Assembly (NCBI GenBank): GCA_041675145.1
Contig: JBAYUK010000001.1
Span: forward strand, 312,283-376,282
From: Patescibacteria group bacterium
GTDB taxonomy: Bacteria; Patescibacteriota; JACPGU01
DNA length: 64,000 nt
Reading direction: 5' to 3'
Shown: positions 29,408 through 38,833 of the stretch, piece after piece
Numbering within the stretch: position 1 is the first letter of the stretch
Layout: every line of letters starts with the position of its first letter
The notes under the pieces: generated by a model
What the model was told of the DNA's origin: nothing
Database searches by the model: none
Seen by the model: the letters and a program-made list of their open reading frames with translations, nothing else
Made by a program: the position numbers and the translations under genes

Positions 29408-29422
29408 AAAAACAAACACAAC

Positions 29423-30346
29423 ATGGAAATAACTTTTTTGTACTGGGCAATAGTCATTGGCGCCGGCGTGGCGTTCTTTTTCGTGTACCGTAAAAAAGAA
29501 CCCGGGAGCGGCCTGAAGACTGAAGGGTTCATGAAAGACCTAACCGCCCTGGCCCGTGAAGGCAAACTCGATCCTGTTATAGGACGAACACAAGAAATAG
29601 AGCGATCTATCCAGATCCTCACGCGGCGCTCTAAGAACAATCCGATTCTTATCGGTGAAGCCGGAGTCGGTAAAACCGCTATAGTAGAGGGTCTTGCCCA
29701 GCGTATAATAGCAGGTGAAGTTCCTGAAGAGATTATTGGTAAACGAGTCCTCTCGGTAGATATTACCGCGATGCTCTCGGGCACCAAATACCGTGGAGAG
29801 TTTGAAGACCGCATGAATCACTTACTTACAACCGTACAGGAAGCAAACCGCGGGATTATTCTATTTATCGATGAGATTCACCAGTTAGTTGCAGCCGGTG
29901 CCTCTGAAGGAGCTATAAAAGCCGAGGACATTATCAAACCAGCTCTCTCTCGTGGAGACTTACAGCTTATCGGAGCCACTACTCCTCCTGAGTACAATAC
30001 CTATATCAAGCATGATGTTACGCTAGAGCGTCGTTTTCAGCCCGTGATTGTAGGAGAGCCAAATAAAGCAGATACTCTCGCAATCCTTAAAGGTATCGCT
30101 CCAAAGTACGAGTCGTATCATAATGTTATTTTAGAAAAAGGCGTCCTTGAGACAATTGTTGTAAAATGTGCTACACTACTCTCAAATCGTCGGTTTCCGG
30201 ACAAGGCGATCGACATTCTAGACGAGGCGTGTGCCCGTGTAAAGCTTGCTACTATTGGAGAGAAGAGTACCAAGACCAAGCCACGCGTCACCAAATCCGA
30301 TGTATTGGCAGTTATTTCTTACTATCGCAATATCAAAAAAATATAA
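29423..30346 (+). CDS. Membrane-anchored ClpA/B/C-type AAA+ protein (NBD1 only)
   Basis: N-terminal TM; [48 protein letters not shown]. Confidence 0.85.
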   Translation: MEITFLYWAIVIGAGVAFFFVYRKKEPGSGLKTEGFMKDLTALAREGKLDPVIGRTQEIERSIQILTRRSKNNPILIGEAGVGKTAIVEGLAQRIIAGEVPEEIIGKRVLSVDITAMLSGTKYRGEFEDRMNHLLTTVQEANRGIILFIDEIHQLVAAGASEGAIKAEDIIKPALSRGDLQLIGATTPPEYNTYIKHDVTLERRFQPVIVGEPNKADTLAILKGIAPKYESYHNVILEKGVLETIVVKCATLLSNRRFPDKAIDILDEACARVKLATIGEKSTKTKPRVTKSDVLAVISYYRNIKKI

Positions 30347-30359
30347 CTAAACTAATGTT

Positions 30360-30977
30360 ATGGCAAAAAAGACTCTCACCAGAACCAAAACCCGTGTCAC
30401 CACCAAGACTCTTACCTTGGTTGCATTGGGTTTTGTAGCAGCAGCGGCACTTTACGGTGTTGTTGTGACTCAAAAAAAAGGAATAGTAAGTATCAGGTAT
30501 CCGCAACCGTACACCACCCCTATTACCAAGCCGTATACAAACCCATATACGAGCCCATACACCCCACCGACACCAAAGCCCGTCCTTCCTGACCTCACCT
30601 TCATGAATTCAACCGTTACTATGCTCGGAGCTGGTGGTGGACTGTATCCATTCCTGGGAGTCCTCATTAAAAACGATACCGAGATTATTAAGCCACAGGG
30701 CAGATCTATGCCGGCCTTTATGATATATGTATACATCAACAACAGCCGTTCCCCACTCACTCTCAGCAGCACATCATCAAAGCGCGCTACCACCGAGACT
30801 GAACTCTTAAATAAGATTAATCTCTCAGACTATATTGGTCAAACCATTAAGGTGAAATTCGTAATTGACCCAGGCAACTATGTATCAGAATCAAATGAGA
30901 GAAACAACACCATGGAACAGACTATTACTGTTCCTAAGACTAGCAACTTCCAGTTTACTGGAACCAAAGTCTACTAG
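30360..30977 (+). CDS. Exported protein with Pro/Tyr/Thr repeats and CARDB-like Ig domain
   Basis: TM, PYT repeats, LPDL...IDPGNYVSESNERNN. Confidence 0.75.
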   Translation: MAKKTLTRTKTRVTTKTLTLVALGFVAAAALYGVVVTQKKGIVSIRYPQPYTTPITKPYTNPYTSPYTPPTPKPVLPDLTFMNSTVTMLGAGGGLYPFLGVLIKNDTEIIKPQGRSMPAFMIYVYINNSRSPLTLSSTSSKRATTETELLNKINLSDYIGQTIKVKFVIDPGNYVSESNERNNTMEQTITVPKTSNFQFTGTKVY

Positions 30978-32707
30978 TTTCCAAGTCTTGTAAGGAGATC
31001 AGAAGCGGGAGTAAAATCCCGCTTTTGCTGTAAAGCAGATAATAAACACTCACGAGCCTTGGCATTGTCTTTAAGGTCAATGTAGGCTTGAGCCTCTTTG
31101 TACAATATATACGGGCTTGTAGGGTCAAGTAGGTGTGCTATTTCAAAGTCAGCAATCGCCAAAGATGCCATTCCTGCTTTTACTTTTACATCCGCTCGGA
31201 TGGTATAGTTTTCGGTGTAGTGAGGGTTGAGTTGTACTGCACGATCTGCAGCCACAAGCGCCCCTGTAAAGTCTCCCAGATCAGCACTGCGCGTTGCAAG
31301 TGACCCATAGTACACATCCCTGTAAGGGAAAACAGCAATCGCTTGCTCGATCTTTCCAAAAGACAAGAGCAGATCGGCTACATATACTCGGGTGGTAAGC
31401 ATTACCGAACCAAGAGACAAAAGCACACCAACTAGCAACAAGGATGCTGGGACACGCCGCGGTACTGCCCGGACCTTAGTATTACCTATCCCTATGGCTA
31501 CTATCATCCAAAACAGAAGGAGAGTAGCGCTTGTTGGAAAGCTAAATAAGTGATTTACGACATACATCACAATAACAGAAGTAACAAGAATAGAAACCCG
31601 AGAATCTACTCCTTTTGTAAACTGTTGCCGTATACACACAACCAGGAAGATAAGGTACAGAGCAAGGCCCAGCAGACCACTACCAAAGGCAATCTCTAAA
31701 ATATCCGAGTGGGCACGATCAAACCTAAAGGCCCATTCAATATGGTCATTAATCCTCCTCGGCCTAAACTCTGGAAAGACATAGAGCAGGGTATCTGGCC
31801 CATACCCTAGTACTGGGCGGTGTAGTATGGCATCTGCGGTACCTGACCAAGCCAGGAGACGCAATGAAGTAGTTCCTTGCAAAGTCTGTTCAGTTGTCAG
31901 CTCAGAAAAGTTATGCGAGTTGAAGCGACTTGAGATTGCCGGTACCTTGTATATAAATAAAGTGATAGCAAGAATAAATACCGTTCCAGATAGCACCATC
32001 TTTTTCTTGTGATGGCGCAAAAAGTAGAATCCTGTCAGTAGAGCTGAAACTACCATAGCAATGATAGCGGCCCGAGAAAAGGTCGCTAACACTGCTACTA
32101 CGGACAATATAGAAATACCCATCCACATAAACCGCCACACCCCCTCTTTCTTTTCTGTTGCAAGGTAGATAGATACCGGTATAGTAACAGAAACCCAAGC
32201 AGCTAAAAAATCTGGCTGGCCAAATGTACCATACAGCCTTTGAGAGAAGAGATAGTGGTAGGCGCCCTGCATTCCAATACTTATCACGCTCGTGACAAGT
32301 GCAGTAAGGGCAATAACCTTTAGAAGAATGGTGTTGTACTCAGGGTCGCGGTGAGCACTATCCACCCAGATAAGAGACAGGAGAAACATTAAAGTAAGCT
32401 CGAGCACTCCACCAGAGAAACGGAAGTAGTTTCCAAGCAGACTCGTAAGTGGATGCACGGAGAATAGTAGGGCAATCCACTGGGATAGGAGAAATACAAA
32501 AGCCGCAGTCAAAGCACCTGACCGCGGCAGATAAAATGTTCTCGTTTTGATAAGTTCAATACAGGTAAGAAACAATACTCCTGAAGAGATACTATAGAAT
32601 AGATAGGCTTTTGGTATCTCAAACCAATCGTAGGAGATCGGCAAAACCCAGACCGGCAACAGAAAGACCAGTAGCAGAATAAGCCAGGTACGAAGCTTCC
32701 CTATCAT
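30974..32707 (-). CDS. O-antigen ligase-family membrane protein with C-terminal TPRs
   Basis: GTFGQPDFLA, TFSRAA, R...W...GYGP, AHSDIL; TPR-like tail. Confidence 0.85.
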   Translation of the reverse strand: MIGKLRTWLILLLVFLLPVWVLPISYDWFEIPKAYLFYSISSGVLFLTCIELIKTRTFYLPRSGALTAAFVFLLSQWIALLFSVHPLTSLLGNYFRFSGGVLELTLMFLLSLIWVDSAHRDPEYNTILLKVIALTALVTSVISIGMQGAYHYLFSQRLYGTFGQPDFLAAWVSVTIPVSIYLATEKKEGVWRFMWMGISILSVVAVLATFSRAAIIAMVVSALLTGFYFLRHHKKKMVLSGTVFILAITLFIYKVPAISSRFNSHNFSELTTEQTLQGTTSLRLLAWSGTADAILHRPVLGYGPDTLLYVFPEFRPRRINDHIEWAFRFDRAHSDILEIAFGSGLLGLALYLIFLVVCIRQQFTKGVDSRVSILVTSVIVMYVVNHLFSFPTSATLLLFWMIVAIGIGNTKVRAVPRRVPASLLLVGVLLSLGSVMLTTRVYVADLLLSFGKIEQAIAVFPYRDVYYGSLATRSADLGDFTGALVAADRAVQLNPHYTENYTIRADVKVKAGMASLAIADFEIAHLLDPTSPYILYKEAQAYIDLKDNAKARECLLSALQQKRDFTPASDLLTRLGN

Positions 32708-32880
32708 TATTCACCCTTCTGATATTCATGAAATCCGATCACAGCAAACATAAGACCAACGAGACACCACATAATTCCCTGGCGTAAGCTCGTTGCAAAG
32801 CCTAAGAATCCATTCATAAGAAAGAGCATACCAATTATCCAATACCAAAGTGGGGTGAGTGAATCAGGGATCTTTACCAT
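32707..32880 (-). CDS. Small 2-TM protein
   Basis: MVKIPDSLTPLWYW..., coupled to the downstream gene. Confidence 0.5.
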   Translation of the reverse strand: MVKIPDSLTPLWYWIIGMLFLMNGFLGFATSLRQGIMWCLVGLMFAVIGFHEYQKGE

Positions 32881-32903
32881 ATATGTTTGTTTATGAGTAA
32901 CTA

Positions 32904-34043
32904 TTATGCGTATTGAACCAGTTTCTTGTGCCATACATTCGACAACGTACCCAGCGCGGCACAGACTACAATACAGTAGGCAATCCACCCTATTACCGGG
33001 ATAAGAGCTAGAATAAAGAGTAGCACCATGCCAATAAAGGCAGTGCGCCACGAAATCGCAACCTTCTTATCTTTTCGTAGCTTCTGGATAACTACTGATC
33101 CGAGAAATACTGCCGCAAAGAGATTCGCAAACATCATCATAAGGATATATGTGAGGAGCAGAATCACTGCAATCGGCATTCCGATCATAGTCACCATAAG
33201 GATTGCCACCACAATCGGCGTCACAACGGCCACCAAGAACCCGCGACCCGCTGACTGCCAAAAGTTCTTCTGAGTAGTTTCAACTATCTCAAGTGACTTC
33301 TTTGGCATGAATGAAACGAGCACAATAGCAGTTACGGCAAATGCAAGGAGCTTCATGAGGGTAAGAAGAGACAGTGAAGCAACAACATTACCCGCCCTGT
33401 TATGAGTACGAGACACAGGGTTCTGAGTAGTAGTACCCTTAATAACTGCCCCCTGAGAAATTATAATCGGGCTCGTAGAACTATACGTTAGGTTGCCGGC
33501 TATCACCGCACTTGAACCGATTGTAATACTCTCTGCGTTAATCTGGGTGTTTCCTGTCACCATACCGTTAATGACAACATTGCCACCATCTACGGTAAGC
33601 GTTCCTTTTACAGGAGCATCCAGTGTTACCTCTCCACCAGCAAGGCGAGCATCTCCTCCGATATCTGCTGTCGAGATCACATGAATGGTGCCACCCGCGA
33701 GAAGAGCGTCTCCGGTGACAGGACCAGAAACAGTGACATTGCCACCAGCGGCGCGAAGATCGTCGCCGATTATTGCTCCGATTGTAACCGTACCTCCAGC
33801 TGCCATCACATCCTGGCTCACGTTTCCTGAGATAAATAGATTACCGCCAGCCGCTACGAAGTCGCCAACGATATCACCTAAGCTAGCAATATTACTACCC
33901 GCTACGTACACATCATTAACAATCTTTTCTTCCGTCTTAATAGCGACCGTGTCGCCCCCTCGAACATCAGCAGCTAAGATAGCCGTTGGAAGTGCGAGCA
34001 TTACGATCAAGGACGTAAGACTTACGAGGTACTTTTTTTGCAT
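32904..34043 (-). CDS. Bactofilin-like beta-helix repeat membrane protein
   Basis: Repeated GD.hhAGG.h.h motifs, then ~5 TM. Confidence 0.75.
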   Translation of the reverse strand: MQKKYLVSLTSLIVMLALPTAILAADVRGGDTVAIKTEEKIVNDVYVAGSNIASLGDIVGDFVAAGGNLFISGNVSQDVMAAGGTVTIGAIIGDDLRAAGGNVTVSGPVTGDALLAGGTIHVISTADIGGDARLAGGEVTLDAPVKGTLTVDGGNVVINGMVTGNTQINAESITIGSSAVIAGNLTYSSTSPIIISQGAVIKGTTTQNPVSRTHNRAGNVVASLSLLTLMKLLAFAVTAIVLVSFMPKKSLEIVETTQKNFWQSAGRGFLVAVVTPIVVAILMVTMIGMPIAVILLLTYILMMMFANLFAAVFLGSVVIQKLRKDKKVAISWRTAFIGMVLLFILALIPVIGWIAYCIVVCAALGTLSNVWHKKLVQYA

Positions 34044-34113
34044 AGGAAATATTACGAGTATGTATTAACTGTATTGTATACAGCTACGCTCGATATAGCA
34101 AGTAAAAGGCTTG

Positions 34114-34797
34114 TTATTTTTTGTGTGGAACGAGGATATCGTCTACGACCTGTCCGTCAGCAATCTTTACGATTCTGTGAGTCATTTGCGCATACTCAGA
34201 TTCGTGAGTGACCATAACTATCGTTTGTCCCTCCTGATTGAGCTGCAAGAGTGCCTCCATCACATCCAGCGAGCGCTCGGAGTCTAAACTTGCTGTCGGC
34301 TCGTCAGCAAATAAAATCTTTGGCTTGTTTACAATCGCCCGCGCTATCGAGACGCGTTGCTTTTCTCCTCCCGACAACTGCGAAGGCAGGTTGTTTTTTC
34401 TTTGGTCTAGCCCAAGCTTTGCCAGAGCCTGTAATGCTTTGCTATATGCTTCTTTTTTGCTCATCCCGAGCATAAGCAAGGGTACTGCCACATTTTCGAT
34501 GGCCGTTAACTCAGGAAGCAGGGCGTGGTCCTGGAAAATAAAACCAAGGTAGTTTAGGCGAAAGTTGATCCGCTCATCGTCAGAGAGAGTTTCGACATTA
34601 ATGTCGTCGATAATAATTTTTCCGCTTGTAAACTGATCAAGTAGCGACAACTGATAGAGCAGTGTTGATTTACCCGCCCCTGATGGCCCGATAATAGACA
34701 CAAATTCTCCGGTCTTAATGACAAGGTTAATACCTTTCAGCACCGTAATCGGCACTCCTTCTGTAAATGTTTTGACTATATTATGTGCTTCAATCAT
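34114..34797 (-). CDS. ABC transporter ATP-binding protein (LolD/MacB-like)
   Basis: GPSGAGKST, LSGGEKQRV, ADEPT. Confidence 0.93.
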   Translation of the reverse strand: MIEAHNIVKTFTEGVPITVLKGINLVIKTGEFVSIIGPSGAGKSTLLYQLSLLDQFTSGKIIIDDINVETLSDDERINFRLNYLGFIFQDHALLPELTAIENVAVPLLMLGMSKKEAYSKALQALAKLGLDQRKNNLPSQLSGGEKQRVSIARAIVNKPKILFADEPTASLDSERSLDVMEALLQLNQEGQTIVMVTHESEYAQMTHRIVKIADGQVVDDILVPHKK

Positions 34798-34801
34798 ATA
34801 G

Positions 34802-36085
34802 TTACCGTCCTAGAATTGAATCGAGGGTATTCTTTTTAATAATGTTCCTGGCAGGAATATACCCTGCAATAATGGTGGTTATCATAATCAGTAACACTCG
34901 AATCCCTGTCTCCAGTGGCTCGGCCACCAAGATACCGTCAGAAAACGGGAAATCGATTGGATGTACATCAAAAAACGGCTTGAGGAAGAAGTACAAAAGC
35001 CCTAACCCAATGAGAGTACCTACCGTAGCATAAAAAAGAGAAATTAAAATATATGAAAACTCTATGGCGGCCGGACGGATACCAATTCCTTTTAAGATTC
35101 CAATATAGCGCTTACGAGTGACTGCATTAATGAAAATAACAATAAAAATCGTAATTGAGGCAACGGCCAAGCCAATTAACCCGATCATAGAGCCCAGTGC
35201 CGAGAATGTCTGGGTAATTTGCTTAAAGAAGCTTCCCTGTGACTCTTCCCAGGTCTGAACCAGCGCCCATTGTGAGACTCCTGACTTAACGAGATCTGCC
35301 TTCACTTTCTCAGGCGTTACACCAGGGCGAATTTTCACCGCAATCTCATCGGCATTCGCCTCGTCCCGACCGATAAGGCGCACGAGCTCACGACTGGTCA
35401 TAAATATTCTGCGATCAACGGTGTCTATCTTACTGCCAAGTACTCCCTTTACCGTCACTTCATGGGTCACATCACCTATTTTAAGTAACACTCGAGATCC
35501 CACTTGTACACCATCGACCGTACCGGTACCTGCAAAGTCACCTTGAGAATACTGAGAAAGCAGTGACTTTCCAATTAATATACTGTCCGTATCTTTCTCA
35601 GTTAAATACTCACCAAACTTCAATAGATGAGACAGCCCGGTGACTGCATCCTCTTTCTCAGGGTCAATACCTGCCACCTGCGCTCCGGCTTCGTCGGCTA
35701 AGATGTCAGGCTTACGGGTTTTCTTGTAGTCGCTTTGGATCTTTCCCCCTACTAAATAACGAGGGGTATACGAAACGACATCAGGGAGCGTCTCAATAAT
35801 TGAAGTAATTTGTTGAGTCTTTTCGATATGTACCTTCTCGGTTCTGGAAGCAATTAAGATGTCTGCTGAGTATTGGGCGCGATACGCGTTACTTGACCCC
35901 ACAATCAAACCCACTAAAATACCGTTAATTACTACGAGGTTGAGAAACGTGAGAGTCATAATAAAGACAATCAGCCCTGTCGTCCAGAAGCTAGTTCTGC
36001 GCAGTTGCCGTGATGCCAAAAAGTACCCCAGGGAAAGTGTGGTACTAAGGGTACTGGTGTTCTTGTATGCCTTATCTGATTTCAT
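34802..36085 (-). CDS. ABC transporter permease (MacB/FtsX/LolE-like)
   Basis: TM, periplasmic domain, then 3 TM; RYIGILKGIG, YIPA. Confidence 0.88.
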   Translation of the reverse strand: MKSDKAYKNTSTLSTTLSLGYFLASRQLRRTSFWTTGLIVFIMTLTFLNLVVINGILVGLIVGSSNAYRAQYSADILIASRTEKVHIEKTQQITSIIETLPDVVSYTPRYLVGGKIQSDYKKTRKPDILADEAGAQVAGIDPEKEDAVTGLSHLLKFGEYLTEKDTDSILIGKSLLSQYSQGDFAGTGTVDGVQVGSRVLLKIGDVTHEVTVKGVLGSKIDTVDRRIFMTSRELVRLIGRDEANADEIAVKIRPGVTPEKVKADLVKSGVSQWALVQTWEESQGSFFKQITQTFSALGSMIGLIGLAVASITIFIVIFINAVTRKRYIGILKGIGIRPAAIEFSYILISLFYATVGTLIGLGLLYFFLKPFFDVHPIDFPFSDGILVAEPLETGIRVLLIMITTIIAGYIPARNIIKKNTLDSILGR

Positions 36086-36212
36086 TACGACAGTATAGCA
36101 GAACTAGCTGGTTTTTTCCTAGTATGTAAGAAACACTACACTAGCGGTCTTGTTTTACAACCCCTTGGCGTGATGTATACTGGATAGTATTATACAGAAC
36201 AAACCTTCTCCT

Positions 36213-36662
36213 ATGAAACCATACATCCCCGCTCTTGGTATTGCCGGTATTGTTCTTGTTGCCTTTACTACCTGGCATTTCATAAATCCTGAAACAGATG
36301 ACTTAACGCCAGATCCTGTACCAGCCCCTACTCAGACCAATGTGCAGCCAGAAGAAAAACCAGCACAAACCAATACAGCTACCATAGACACCAGCTCACA
36401 GCCACAGATTCCAACGAGCACACAAAAGACCTATACTATGGCAACTGTCTCTCAACACAACACAGCTACTGACTGCTGGATGGTTATTGACGGCGCAGTA
36501 TACGACCCGACTTCTTTTATCCCGCAACATCCAGGCGGAGACCAAATTGTGCTCGGTTGTGGCAAGGATGCTACGAGTTTAGTAACGGGACAACGAAAGC
36601 ACATGAAGCCCCAGGCTCAGGCTATCTTTGATGCATATAAAATAGGGACACTTGCTCAATAA
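36213..36662 (+). CDS. Membrane-anchored cytochrome b5-like heme protein
   Basis: HNTATDCW, VYD, HPGG, GKDAT, second His (RKH). Confidence 0.88.
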   Translation: MKPYIPALGIAGIVLVAFTTWHFINPETDDLTPDPVPAPTQTNVQPEEKPAQTNTATIDTSSQPQIPTSTQKTYTMATVSQHNTATDCWMVIDGAVYDPTSFIPQHPGGDQIVLGCGKDATSLVTGQRKHMKPQAQAIFDAYKIGTLAQ

Positions 36663-36663
36663 C

Positions 36664-37968
36664 ATGAACCTTCGCCCACTCTTCTACGCACTACTGATAG
36701 CAAACCTAGGTACAACCCTCTTCTTGTGGTGGACACATTCTTCGTTCTTTATGACAAGTGGCAACACTGGCCAGATTTTAATTGGCCTTGGACGACTCAT
36801 GGGACTACTGGCTGAGCTGGGAATCCTTGTTCAACTCGTCTTGATTGGACGCATTAGAGTAGTCGAACAAGAGTATGGCTTTGATATGTTAAACCGCCTA
36901 CACCGAGTACTCGGCTTCTACCTGCTTGCAGCACTCATTACCCACCCACTTTTCTTGGTTACAGGATACAGTATCGTAAACCACACTGCTTTTGCCCCGC
37001 AACTCGTAACTTTTTTTACGAGCTGGGAAGACGTATTTGCTGCCTTTCTTGGTCTTTGTGTACTCCTTATTGCAATCAGCACTTCAGTAGCTATTGTTCG
37101 ACGCAAGCTCCGGTATGAGACCTGGTACTTTATACACTTCTTAATCTACCTAGCCATTGCACTGTTCTTCAGTCACCAAGTAAAGAGCGGTGATCTTACT
37201 ACCGGGTCTGCCATGTACTACTGGTACGCAGTCAACTTCACTATCTTCGGTCTTGTTCTTGTCTACCGGTTTATGCGTCCACTCTATCTGCTCTGGGTTC
37301 ACCGTTTTGAAGTTGAGCGTATCGTACAGGAAAGTGCGGTAGTCACTTCTGTATATATTACGGGACGCAACCTTGCTCGTTTTATAATTCAGCCTGGACA
37401 GTTTGCTCACATTAGCTTTTTAGCTCGAGATACATGGTACACTCATCCATTTTCTTTTTCTCAGGTTAATAACGGCAAGAACCTTCGTCTCTCTATTAAG
37501 GCTCTGGGAGACTTCACCGCACAAATAGCACGTATTACGCCCGGCACTCCGGTACTGATCGACGGGCCGTTTGGTGTCTTTACGCAGAAAAAAAATGTGA
37601 CCGGTAAATACCTCTTTATTGCCGGAGGTATTGGCATTACACCAATTCGCGCCCTTGCAGAATCACTGTCCTTAAAGAACGCAGACCAAAGACTCTTATA
37701 TAGCATTCGCAACATGGACGAGCTCGTCTTTGAAGAAGAACTTAAGCAGCTCAACATACCCACAAGCATCATAACCTCACAGTCTCATGAGAACGGATAT
37801 GAACATGGACATATTGATACAGAAAAAATCCAGCGTCTCGCGCCGGACTTTATAACACGAGATATCTATGTCTGTGGTCCACCTACTATGATTGAGACGG
37901 TTTGCACAGCTCTTGCTACCCTAGGAGTACCCAAAAACCAGATTCACTACGAGCGATTTAGTTACTAG
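36664..37968 (+). CDS. Ferric reductase-like TM plus FAD/NAD-binding oxidoreductase
   Basis: LHR, H-pairs in TMs, PGQF, HPFS, GPFG, AGGIGITP, VCGP, ERF. Confidence 0.9.
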   Translation: MNLRPLFYALLIANLGTTLFLWWTHSSFFMTSGNTGQILIGLGRLMGLLAELGILVQLVLIGRIRVVEQEYGFDMLNRLHRVLGFYLLAALITHPLFLVTGYSIVNHTAFAPQLVTFFTSWEDVFAAFLGLCVLLIAISTSVAIVRRKLRYETWYFIHFLIYLAIALFFSHQVKSGDLTTGSAMYYWYAVNFTIFGLVLVYRFMRPLYLLWVHRFEVERIVQESAVVTSVYITGRNLARFIIQPGQFAHISFLARDTWYTHPFSFSQVNNGKNLRLSIKALGDFTAQIARITPGTPVLIDGPFGVFTQKKNVTGKYLFIAGGIGITPIRALAESLSLKNADQRLLYSIRNMDELVFEEELKQLNIPTSIITSQSHENGYEHGHIDTEKIQRLAPDFITRDIYVCGPPTMIETVCTALATLGVPKNQIHYERFSY

Positions 37969-38305
37969 TCTTCTCGTTTTTTTTACGCTTTGATCGCATA
38001 CTCACTTCATATGACTCCTCGAGTAGTTCGAGGATTTTTTCATGCTCCTGGATAGTCTTGCCTGAAACCAACCAATAACTCATAGCATACGGTTTGCCGC
38101 CGTGTCCTTGGTATGTAAAAGGGGTGCTTTTCATCTTTTCGTATCGTTCCCTGTTTGTACTATCTACCTTCAAGTACAGCTGGCTATCGACTATGATTCC
38201 GCAGATTACCCCACGCAGATACACCCCATATCCACCAAACATGGCTTTAGTTGTGATCTCTGGATGAAGCGCCTGAATAGCTATAACAAACTTCCCTACA
38301 GCCAT
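37958..38305 (-). CDS. TfoX N-terminal domain protein
   Basis: AMFGGYGVY, LYLKVD, PFTY, MSYW. Confidence 0.85.
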   Translation of the reverse strand: MAVGKFVIAIQALHPEITTKAMFGGYGVYLRGVICGIIVDSQLYLKVDSTNRERYEKMKSTPFTYQGHGGKPYAMSYWLVSGKTIQEHEKILELLEESYEVSMRSKRKKNEKTSN

Positions 38306-38814
38306 AAGAGCATTATTCCTGCCATCACCGTCATGAGTAAGTCTTCGAGGAGCGTAACGGTGGTCATGGGTACATTAATCTTAGTACCCAGACAGGCGCA
38401 GCGGAACGGTTTTTTAGATTGGAGAGCAAGCAACACCCCGACACTAGAGATACCCATCACGAGAAATGTCACCCAGTCGGTTACTCGTGGCATTAAGTGA
38501 AAAAGGTAGTTTACTCCTAGCCATAGTTCAATGAAGGGATAAAAGAACCCATAGCCGGATACTTTTTTAGCAACTACATCGTACGTTGCGTACGCTTGGG
38601 CAAACCCCTTCAGGTCGAGTAACTTAAATACCGAGAAGGTGACAAAAAATACCCCCATGAAAATACGAAAAACGATTAACGCGTCCCATAGGCCGGTAAC
38701 GGCTGACCATATAAGCGTTATGAGTACCACTCCGCCGAGAATGGCAAGGAGCGGGGTAATACTTGGTTTTGCTTTCATCATCTGTTCGTGTTCAAACTTA
38801 TTCATTTCTTCCAT
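38296..38814 (-). CDS. MauE/DoxX-like membrane protein
   Basis: FMGVFF..FS.FKLLDLKGF..Y..YD, YPFIE, CACLG, TLLED. Confidence 0.8.
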   Translation of the reverse strand: MEEMNKFEHEQMMKAKPSITPLLAILGGVVLITLIWSAVTGLWDALIVFRIFMGVFFVTFSVFKLLDLKGFAQAYATYDVVAKKVSGYGFFYPFIELWLGVNYLFHLMPRVTDWVTFLVMGISSVGVLLALQSKKPFRCACLGTKINVPMTTVTLLEDLLMTVMAGIMLLWL

Positions 38815-38833
38815 GGTATATATATTACTAGTA

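Noticed and set aside
30505-30580. Tandem DNA repeats (PYT-encoding)
   Set aside because: Degenerate low-complexity protein linker, not a DNA-level element.
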